Positions 26,147 through 32,461 of a DNA stretch of 41,263 bases are shown piece by piece (positions within the stretch are counted from its first letter, which is position 1; the number at the start of each line of letters is the position of its first letter). The notes beneath the pieces are model-generated. The model ran no database searches. It had not been told where the DNA came from and worked only from the letters and a program-made list of their open reading frames with translations. Both the position numbers and the translations under genes were made by a program. Location: positions 1-41,263 of the IMG/VR virus record IMGVR_UViG_3300011013_000003; one strand, 5' to 3'. This DNA comes from a virus.

Positions 26147-26169
26147 AGTCGGGCGGCTCTATGGCGAGG

Positions 26170-26197
26170 TTGTATATATATTAAGATATATATACAA
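26170..26197. repeat. 28-bp AT palindrome
   Basis: ttgtatatatat-taag-atatatatacaa forms a 12-bp perfect stem. It is flanked by GC-rich islands in a noncoding region. Confidence 0.85.
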
Positions 26198-26300
26198 ACT
26201 CACCCGAAATGAGAGCACGCGCTCCCTTCGCCAAGGCTACGGGGCGCTCGCGCGACTGAAAAACAACAAAAACAACTAAATGCCGGGGGCTATGTATATT

Positions 26301-26377
26301 ATAGATAGAAAATAAAATTGAAATAATGCTTGACAAAAGATAGCTTTTTTCTTACTATCATTAATAATAGATAGAAA
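26301..26377. repeat. Direct 11-mer repeat ATAGATAGAAA bracketing a promoter
   Basis: Copies at 26301-26311 and 26367-26377. A partial agatag also lies in the promoter spacer (26338-26343). Confidence 0.8.
26330..26358 (+). promoter_or_regulatory. Sigma70-like promoter TTGACA-17-TACTAT
   Basis: TTGACA at 26330-26335, a 17-nt spacer, then TACTAT at 26353-26358. It precedes the 48-aa ORF and the early gene block. Confidence 0.6.
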
Positions 26378-26404
26378 GCACCAAAAACGGAGGCTCGAAA
26401 CAAA

Positions 26405-26551
26405 ATGAAAACAGAATCATGCACAACGGCGAATCAAATAACATATTTGTATTTTTGCACGTTAAAAGGGTTGAGTCATCCATGCTGCAGAAAAGTACAG
26501 CGGCATAACGGAACGCATATTTATTTCACTTATCACTATTTGAGGTATTAA
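26405..26551 (+). CDS. Hypothetical 48-aa Cys/His/Tyr-rich peptide
   Basis: My own translation: MKTESCTTANQITYLYFCTLKGLSHPCCRKVQRHNGTHIYFTYHYLRY. GGAGG lies 11 nt upstream, which is a long spacing. The ORF ends 4 nt before the next ATG. Confidence 0.35.
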   Translation: MKTESCTTANQITYLYFCTLKGLSHPCCRKVQRHNGTHIYFTYHYLRY

Positions 26552-26555
26552 TATA

Positions 26556-26837
26556 ATGAGCTATCACACAACAAAAAAAGAAACGATAAATGAAAATGAA
26601 GTTAATGGCGAAAAGATACTTTCTTTCTGTGCTTATTCTAATACTATAAGACAGCTACCGGAAAACTATTGTATTGCTGTATTTAAGAGGCCTTACCATA
26701 GCACAAATACCGGTTGTTGGGTTTTAGAACCCGATTTGGCAGCAGACTCTGACTTGGTTTGTCGGGTTGCTCGTGAACTGCTTAATTTCGATTCTAAGTA
26801 TGAAAAGAGCGGTTTAAAATTATTAGCCAAGCTCTAA
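26556..26837 (+). CDS. Hypothetical 93-aa protein (zero-frame product)
   Basis: ORF track. GAGG RBS 10 nt upstream. Confidence 0.6.
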   Translation: MSYHTTKKETINENEVNGEKILSFCAYSNTIRQLPENYCIAVFKRPYHSTNTGCWVLEPDLAADSDLVCRVARELLNFDSKYEKSGLKLLAKL

Positions 26838-26986
26838 CACCTAATTTATTATTTAAAACGCTAGAAGATGACTTAAGGGTGATTTACAGTAAGAATGAAG
26901 TTAAAGCAATACTAATTCATCAACAAATTACGGGTGGCAGTATACGTGATTCTTCTGACTATTTTACGATTGGTAAGAAAAAATGA
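26813..26986 (+). other. Candidate -1 frameshift site (T TTA AAA) plus a 55-codon start-less -1 frame extension
   Basis: The heptamer at 26813-26819 is in X XXY YYZ phase with the 93-aa ORF. The -1 frame is open from 26804 to the TGA at 26984-26986. It has no ATG, and it ends in an ATGA overlap with the next gene. Confidence 0.35.
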
Positions 26987-27216
26987 CTATTACAGAAAGG
27001 ACATACCAGACCTGTATTACGGGTTGTGACCAAGCAGGGAAGGTCGCACAATATTTACTTTCTAAAAATATCTGGTTTACACATGAGCATTGGTATCATG
27101 GAGTCTATGCTTTCTATGTTAAAGAAGAAGACAAGCAACTCCTTATTGATATCATAGAGAATGTAAAATGGGATTCTTGGGGTATTAAATACCCCACAAA
27201 TAAATTATGGTGGTAG
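26983..27216 (+). CDS. Hypothetical 77-aa Trp-rich protein
   Basis: ORF track. Confidence 0.6.
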   Translation: MTITERTYQTCITGCDQAGKVAQYLLSKNIWFTHEHWYHGVYAFYVKEEDKQLLIDIIENVKWDSWGIKYPTNKLWW

Positions 27217-27232
27217 TAATTGCAAATAATAT

Positions 27233-27261
27233 TTGACATTATTATCATATTAAAATATAAT
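27233..27261 (+). promoter_or_regulatory. Perfect sigma70 consensus promoter TTGACA-17-TATAAT
   Basis: TTGACA at 27233-27238, a 17-nt spacer, then TATAAT at 27256-27261. It lies in the intergenic gap before the 51-aa ORF. Confidence 0.7.
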
Positions 27262-27294
27262 CTGTATATATAATGGTGAATGAAGGTATCTATA

Positions 27295-27450
27295 ATGGCG
27301 AATGAAGAAAAGAAACGAGCTAAATCTAAATATGCTAAAAAGGTTGCATCAGGCAGTCAATTGTATGGCACCGGCAACTGGAAAACGGGTTGCTGTGGCC
27401 ATAGAACTCCACAACAAGAACTCCACACCAAGAAAAACGGGAGGCGCTAG
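27295..27450 (+). CDS. Hypothetical 51-aa basic protein
   Basis: My own translation: MANEEKKRAKSKYAKKVASGSQLYGTGNWKTGCCGHRTPQQELHTKKNGRR. Its stop overlaps the GTG start of the next ORF (TAGTG). Confidence 0.45.
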   Translation: MANEEKKRAKSKYAKKVASGSQLYGTGNWKTGCCGHRTPQQELHTKKNGRR

Positions 27451-27695
27451 TGGCTAAACATAGTAAAAATATATTTTTAGGTCGTAAAAATTATGTAAAT
27501 ATTAAACCTAAATATAATAAAGATGGCGAGTGCATTGATGAAGGCGGTTTTTTAAACCCACCAACTGCTCTTGAAATTACCGCTGTACGTTTAAATAAGC
27601 GTGATGATAGAAGAGAACTAAAAGTAAAACGACTCATCGAAGCAAATAAACTTTTATTAAATGGTCCTGACATTAACAGAGTTCATGCTGTATGA
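27450..27695 (+). CDS. Hypothetical 81-aa protein (GTG start)
   Basis: ORF track. GGGAGG lies upstream. Coupled to its neighbours at both ends. Confidence 0.55.
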   Translation: MAKHSKNIFLGRKNYVNIKPKYNKDGECIDEGGFLNPPTALEITAVRLNKRDDRRELKVKRLIEANKLLLNGPDINRVHAV

Positions 27696-27973
27696 GTATA
27701 TACAAACCATATGAAGGATTAAAGAGGGGCACCTTGGTTGATGTACCCTATAATCAAGCGGGGCGCTTTTTGCATTTCGATGCTGAAAATCCTGAAAGAA
27801 AATGGGCTGGTAACATTACCTATTATTTTTTAGATGGTGTTGAAACTGGATATAAGTGCGATGGTTCAATAGATGTAATAGCTATCAGTCGAGAATGGGG
27901 CCCCTTAACTTCTGAAAGAATTGATTTAAGGACCTATGATGAAATATTTAATGTCAAGGGCAGAGTGATATGA
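27692..27973 (+). CDS. Hypothetical 93-aa protein
   Basis: ORF track; ATGA overlaps. Confidence 0.6.
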   Translation: MSIYKPYEGLKRGTLVDVPYNQAGRFLHFDAENPERKWAGNITYYFLDGVETGYKCDGSIDVIAISREWGPLTSERIDLRTYDEIFNVKGRVI

Positions 27974-28233
27974 ATAACTTACAACGAAATATTTGGTTAA
28001 TAATATGCCTTTCACTTATAGGTGTTATATCTTATAGCGCTGTGCTATTAATAAATAACATTTTGAAACGTGAAAAGGCTAGTGTATATGCTGAAGCGCG
28101 ACAACAATGCTATTTATTAACGGATGATTTACACTGCCTACTTTTAGAAAGCATTAAACATCCTGAACTAAATAGTTTTGTACCAACACAATACTGGGCA
28201 GAACAAAAAGGTATAGATAGTGGGGGTAAGTAA
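27970..28233 (+). CDS. Hypothetical 87-aa membrane-anchored protein
   Basis: N-terminal TM segment IWLIICLSLIGVISYSAVLLI. Confidence 0.55.
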   Translation: MNNLQRNIWLIICLSLIGVISYSAVLLINNILKREKASVYAEARQQCYLLTDDLHCLLLESIKHPELNSFVPTQYWAEQKGIDSGGK

Positions 28234-28573
28234 CCGGCTAACGACAGGGGCACCACTATCACCTGACAAATTAATTGCATCTCATCCAGATGGATGGGGT
28301 TTATTTTTAGCGTCAAGTGCAGTTTCTAAAACAAAAAATCACTGGGTTAATGTGAAATTAGTGAGGCCCGGTAGTCATAAAGGTAAGACCAATTTTTGGT
28401 TATCTTACTGTACTACCGGGCAGCATTTTAGAGAAGGAAAAGTCTATCATGCATTGTTTGCAATCGGTGGTGATTTTACGCCGGCACTTGATACTTGGGT
28501 TGAAGAACAAATTAATAATTGGATAAATAAGGGCGAAGCAGTCACACCTACAATTGACAGCATTCTAGAATGA
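28220..28573 (+). CDS. WVNVKL-motif protein, paralog A (117 aa, GTG start)
   Basis: Shares with the 115-aa ORF the blocks GW-L, WVNVKL, N(F/Y)W(L/I)SY, Q-F-R, and a C-terminal P(T/S)I(D/E)..L. Confidence 0.6.
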   Translation: MGVSNRLTTGAPLSPDKLIASHPDGWGLFLASSAVSKTKNHWVNVKLVRPGSHKGKTNFWLSYCTTGQHFREGKVYHALFAIGGDFTPALDTWVEEQINNWINKGEAVTPTIDSILE

Positions 28574-28583
28574 GGTAATTAAA

Positions 28584-29288
28584 ATGAGTAAAGGAAAATA
28601 TGAAGGTTTAGATTTTAATAAACCAATTGTTGCAATAGACGAATACACCGGAGATATAGCATATTTACTGGTCCCTAGTTTAGTAAAACCGGGTAGCTAT
28701 AAAGTTAAGGGCTATAATTGGCTCCGTTTTAAAGATGGGATACATAACAGCTGTACAACATGGGAAACTAAAGAAGAGGCTTTAGATAGCTATGATGATT
28801 CTTATAATTTTGAAAACATCGAGTGGATTGAAGTTGAAGACACTAATTTATGGGCCCGAATAGGTAATGACGTACAGGTTATTTATCTTCCTAAGCAAGT
28901 TGAAGATTTAAAAATTGAATTGGAAAACGAAAAGCGAAACAATTTCAATTTAGCTAAAGAGCGGGACCATGAAAAAGAAATATCCTATAATGAAGGACTG
29001 AAAAAAGGACAAGAACGAGTAAGTAAAATACTTCGTGATTTTTGTACTTTATATTTTGGTCCATTGTTTAGTGGATATGTTCCTATCCCAGGTGATAAAT
29101 TTACCTGCAGTGTAAACAGAGCATGTGGCGACCGCTCTTATTCGCATGATATATGGGAATGTGTTTCTAATAATGGTGTTAGCTTGCAAATGAAAGGCGA
29201 GGGTAGAGGATGGTGGGCCAAGCAAACACAAATCATAACAATCTCTGAATATTATTTTGCACCAGCTGAACATTTCGTAAACGATTAA
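28584..29288 (+). CDS. Hypothetical 234-aa protein
   Basis: ORF track. Central coiled-coil-like charged segment. No motif recognised. Confidence 0.65.
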   Translation: MSKGKYEGLDFNKPIVAIDEYTGDIAYLLVPSLVKPGSYKVKGYNWLRFKDGIHNSCTTWETKEEALDSYDDSYNFENIEWIEVEDTNLWARIGNDVQVIYLPKQVEDLKIELENEKRNNFNLAKERDHEKEISYNEGLKKGQERVSKILRDFCTLYFGPLFSGYVPIPGDKFTCSVNRACGDRSYSHDIWECVSNNGVSLQMKGEGRGWWAKQTQIITISEYYFAPAEHFVND

Positions 29289-29312
29289 CTGAAAATCTGG
29301 AGGAGTAATAAG

Positions 29313-29474
29313 ATGGGTGATATACGAGATAGTTGGGATGAGCAGGGGGAGGATGCACATATAGCCCACTTAAATGGGGAATGTGGCAGCTGTTGCCCTT
29401 ATTGCAATAATCATTTAGCTGAAGAAGCTATTGAAGACCTCTTTGATGTTATAAGTAATACTAACAATGCCTAA
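29313..29474 (+). CDS. Hypothetical 53-aa Cys-rich protein (CGSCCPYC)
   Basis: My own translation: MGDIRDSWDEQGEDAHIAHLNGECGSCCPYCNNHLAEEAIEDLFDVISNTNNA. GGAGG lies 9 nt upstream. 8-nt overlap with the next ORF. Confidence 0.5.
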   Translation: MGDIRDSWDEQGEDAHIAHLNGECGSCCPYCNNHLAEEAIEDLFDVISNTNNA

Positions 29475-29814
29475 AGGATATTCAAACAAACCTCGTAAAT
29501 CCATAGGTAAGCCCCCACGCAATGGGGGCCTTATCATTGGGAATCACGAATACGGCTGGATTCTATACGAGCTTAGTACCAAGGAATCCGATATGAATGA
29601 CACCTGGGTTAATGTAAAGCTAATATCAAGCTATGAAAGAAATGGCCGTTGTAACTATTGGATATCTTATAATGTTACTAAGCAAGAATTTAGAGTCACC
29701 TCTGACTATAAAAAACTTGACTTGGATTATAGTGATATGTTAATATGGGCCGGTAGAGTCATTCAGGAATGGCATGATGCAAAGGATGAACCATCGATAG
29801 AGGATTTATTTTAG
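29467..29814 (+). CDS. WVNVKL-motif protein, paralog B (115 aa)
   Basis: See paralog A. Basic N-terminal extension PKGYSNKPRKSIGKPPRNGG. Confidence 0.65.
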   Translation: MPKGYSNKPRKSIGKPPRNGGLIIGNHEYGWILYELSTKESDMNDTWVNVKLISSYERNGRCNYWISYNVTKQEFRVTSDYKKLDLDYSDMLIWAGRVIQEWHDAKDEPSIEDLF

Positions 29815-29817
29815 TAC

Positions 29818-30333
29818 ATGTTCGCTCGTATAATAGATGCTATCATAAATATCATCGACCAATTCTTTTTTCTGGTAGTGGTCGATGAATTTGAAGGTGG
29901 TGTCATTTTAAGAATAGGAAAATACCAGCGTGATTTAAAACCCGGTATTAATTTTTATTGGCCATTAGGTATAGAAACCTATATGTCCGATAACATAGTT
30001 TTAAAAACAGAAGGTTTAAATTCTCAATCATTAACAACTAAATGTGGGGCCACTGTTCTTATTGGTGTCTTCATCTCATATTGGATAAGGAATAAACGCC
30101 GCTGGTTGCTTGAGGTAGAAGATGCTGATTCTGTTTTAGCCGATTTAACTTATGGAGTTATAGGTAGACAAGTTGCTAAACACCGATGGGAAGAAATTTA
30201 CCAGCAAGAATTTCAAGATAAAGTTTATGATGAATTAAAAGAAGTTGCTTCTAAAAAGTTAGGTGTAACATTAGACGGAATCCAATTCTCTGATTTAACT
30301 AAATCAAAAACATTACGCATTGTGCAGGAATAA
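29818..30333 (+). CDS. SPFH/band-7 domain protein (171 aa)
   Basis: VVVDEFEGGVILRIGKYQRDLKPGINFYWP, followed by LTTKCGATVLIGVFISYWI and a C-terminal GVTLDGIQFSDL. These match the prohibitin/HflC-type SPFH pattern. Confidence 0.65.
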   Translation: MFARIIDAIINIIDQFFFLVVVDEFEGGVILRIGKYQRDLKPGINFYWPLGIETYMSDNIVLKTEGLNSQSLTTKCGATVLIGVFISYWIRNKRRWLLEVEDADSVLADLTYGVIGRQVAKHRWEEIYQQEFQDKVYDELKEVASKKLGVTLDGIQFSDLTKSKTLRIVQE

Positions 30334-30336
30334 ATT

Positions 30337-30459
30337 ATGGCTAAAGAAATAAAACCTCTCTATAAAAATGTCGAAGCGGTACTGCTACAACATCGTGAAG
30401 ATATTACAACGTGTACCTGGGATGGTGAATATCGCGAAGAAGTAGAAATATATGAGTAA
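30337..30459 (+). CDS. Hypothetical 40-aa protein
   Basis: My own translation: MAKEIKPLYKNVEAVLLQHREDITTCTWDGEYREEVEIYE. Starts 3 nt after the SPFH stop. Confidence 0.35.
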   Translation: MAKEIKPLYKNVEAVLLQHREDITTCTWDGEYREEVEIYE

Positions 30460-30584
30460 TATAACGGTAAACGCCCACGGCGAGTTAGACTTAGGCTATC
30501 TCTCGTCCAAATAAATTACTGGTTAAAGATATTAAAGGCAGCTAAATCAGCTATTATAGAAAGAATGAATAGGGATGCAGTAGA

Positions 30585-31088
30585 ATGATTTTAGGATTTG
30601 ACCCAGGCATTACGGGCGCTATAGCTGAGTATCATCCTGACGGTGGAATTGTTTTGCATGATATGCCCACCACTGCAAAGCTAACCGGCAAAGGATTTAA
30701 AGTTAATGAAGATTTGTTATGTAATCTACTTGACAGTATAGGCGTGCCCGATATATACTGTGCTTTTGTTGAACAAGTAAATGCAATGCCACCAATAGGT
30801 GGAAATAGGAGTGCCGGTGCAACGTCAATGTTCGGCTTCGGCGAAGGGTTCGGAATCATCAAAGGATGTTTAGCCGGGCTCGGTGTCAGGAGAGAATACG
30901 TAGCCCCGGCAACCTGGAAAAAACAATTTGGATTATTAAAGAAGGAAAAAGATGCAGCGAGAACTTTTGCACTACAAAGATTTCCGCATGTATCAAATGA
31001 GTTAAAACGTAAAAAAGATATAGGTAGGGCCGATGCACTTTTAATTGCAAGTTACGGTCACGATAAATTACTCGGAGAAATAATGTAA
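30585..31088 (+). CDS. RuvC-like Holliday junction resolvase
   Basis: MILGFDPGITGA (first catalytic Asp), FVEQV (Glu), and GRADALLIASYG (C-terminal Asp) are arranged as in RuvC-family endonucleases. Confidence 0.75.
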   Translation: MILGFDPGITGAIAEYHPDGGIVLHDMPTTAKLTGKGFKVNEDLLCNLLDSIGVPDIYCAFVEQVNAMPPIGGNRSAGATSMFGFGEGFGIIKGCLAGLGVRREYVAPATWKKQFGLLKKEKDAARTFALQRFPHVSNELKRKKDIGRADALLIASYGHDKLLGEIM

Positions 31089-31570
31089 TGAGCAAACCTT
31101 TAGTTTATTTAGCTGGCGCAATAGCTGGCCAGGAATATGATGATGCAGCTGATTGGAGAGTAAAAGCAGCTTCAATACTAGAAGATAGTCATAATATTAA
31201 AACACTTAGTCCTTTACGTGCTAAGGCAACTCTCGGCCAAATTAATAATGGTACTATATCTAAAGACCATAATCATTATAAAGATTGTGGACCTTTCTTT
31301 ACACAAAAAGGAATCTTAACACGCGATTTTAATGATGTTAAACGTGCTGATATTCTTTTAGTTAATTTACGAGGACTAGAAAATTTTAGTGTGGGTACCT
31401 GTATTGAATTAGGATGGGCCTATTCTTTTCAAAAACCTGTAGTGGTTTTAATTGATAAAGAAAACATACACCATACACATCCAATGGTTGCTGAATCATT
31501 AGGCCCTTTTCAATTTGATAATTTATATGATGCTATTGATGCAGTTCATAATATATTAGGAGAAGAGTAG
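31088..31570 (+). CDS. Nucleoside 2-deoxyribosyltransferase-like / dNMP N-hydrolase-like protein
   Basis: VYLAGAIAG at the N-terminus, RADILLVNL, and SVGTCIELGWAYSFQKPVVVL (catalytic Glu context) fit the family pattern. Confidence 0.6.
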   Translation: MSKPLVYLAGAIAGQEYDDAADWRVKAASILEDSHNIKTLSPLRAKATLGQINNGTISKDHNHYKDCGPFFTQKGILTRDFNDVKRADILLVNLRGLENFSVGTCIELGWAYSFQKPVVVLIDKENIHHTHPMVAESLGPFQFDNLYDAIDAVHNILGEE

Positions 31571-31966
31571 ATGGTAGCGAAGAAAACAGATTCAGGTTTA
31601 AAAGATTCAGGTAAACGTAGAAAATTTGATACCGGTGCACAAAGAGACCGAGGGGAATTAAAAGGTCGACCTGATTTAAGACCAATACATGCACTACATA
31701 AATTTGATGTTCATACTGAAAAAGGTGCCATTAAATATGATGCACGCAATTGGGAAAAAGGTATGCCACTATCTGAATATTATAATTCAGCTACCAGGCA
31801 CGCAGAAAAGATACTTGCAGGATATACTGATGAAGACCATGAAGCAGCCTGGTTGTGGAATGTAATGTGCTTCATTGAAACAAAACATCGAATTGAAGTT
31901 GGCATACTTCCAAAAGAATTAAATGATATGCCTACTACATTCGCAGCATTGGAGCCTAATTTCTGA
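31571..31966 (+). CDS. Protein resembling the N-terminal domain of phage dATP/dGTP diphosphohydrolases
   Basis: KFDTGAQRD...DLRPIHALHKF...GAIKYDARNWEKG...ATRHAEKILAG..DEDHEAAWLWNVMCF matches the conserved phage domain as I recall it. Not searched. Confidence 0.5.
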   Translation: MVAKKTDSGLKDSGKRRKFDTGAQRDRGELKGRPDLRPIHALHKFDVHTEKGAIKYDARNWEKGMPLSEYYNSATRHAEKILAGYTDEDHEAAWLWNVMCFIETKHRIEVGILPKELNDMPTTFAALEPNF

Positions 31967-32139
31967 TGACACATACTTTTAGAGAGATATATAAGCCAAA
32001 CCCTGCCCACGGGCCTGTTGTTGGTATAGTCCAATTCAGGGATAAAGTATTAATAGCGCAAGCTAATGGACCTTTATTAGAACTTGAGTATGACGAGGCC
32101 AGTGATGAATATGGAGCTAAAGAGGTTCCAGGTATATGA
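31966..32139 (+). CDS. Hypothetical 57-aa protein
   Basis: My own translation: MTHTFREIYKPNPAHGPVVGIVQFRDKVLIAQANGPLLELEYDEASDEYGAKEVPGI. TGATG overlap upstream and ATGA overlap downstream. Confidence 0.55.
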   Translation: MTHTFREIYKPNPAHGPVVGIVQFRDKVLIAQANGPLLELEYDEASDEYGAKEVPGI

Positions 32140-32381
32140 GTGAATCGATATTGGAGTTGTGGAAAGAAGTTCTTAAAAAAGCAGTAGCCGATGCTAAAGA
32201 AGGACCGAGTGAACGTGACATAAAAGATTATGTTTATTGCACTAAGGCGAATGCTAAAGAATGGATACAAGGTAAATCAGAAGAACCAGGTAGCTTTATC
32301 TGGGTGTGTGACTTACTAGATTTAAAGCCAAGTGCTGTACGCAGAGAAATTTTTAGTAGAAAGAAAAGTGAGAAAGATTAA
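32136..32381 (+). CDS. Hypothetical 81-aa protein
   Basis: ORF track. Confidence 0.6.
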   Translation: MSESILELWKEVLKKAVADAKEGPSERDIKDYVYCTKANAKEWIQGKSEEPGSFIWVCDLLDLKPSAVRREIFSRKKSEKD

Positions 32382-32461
32382 ATATTTTTTCCTGGCTTTA
32401 TTTATTGCTCTGCCTGTGTCACCCTTATTAATAATAGGAGTATCGTGGTTAATACAACATT

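Noticed and set aside
26147-26290. A possible tRNA or tRNA-fragment attP core in the GC islands (cttcgcca resembles a ...CCA end).
   Set aside because: I could not build a cloverleaf. There is no GTTCRANYC T-loop, no matching acceptor stem and no D-arm on either strand. The same negative result applies to 24262-24345 and 1-296.
26879-26986. An independent 35-aa ORF from GTG 26879 as the explanation for the open frame in the gap.
   Set aside because: Not fully excluded. It is disfavoured because the only purine-rich stretch abuts the GTG directly with no spacer. It also does not explain why the frame is open for 25 more codons upstream, back into the preceding gene.
30721-30760. A TTGACA followed by tatata-like -10 inside the RuvC-like gene.
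   Set aside because: The -10 match is poor (TATATA or ATATAC with a 16-17 nt spacer), and there is no obvious downstream unit to serve. It is probably a chance match in AT-rich DNA.
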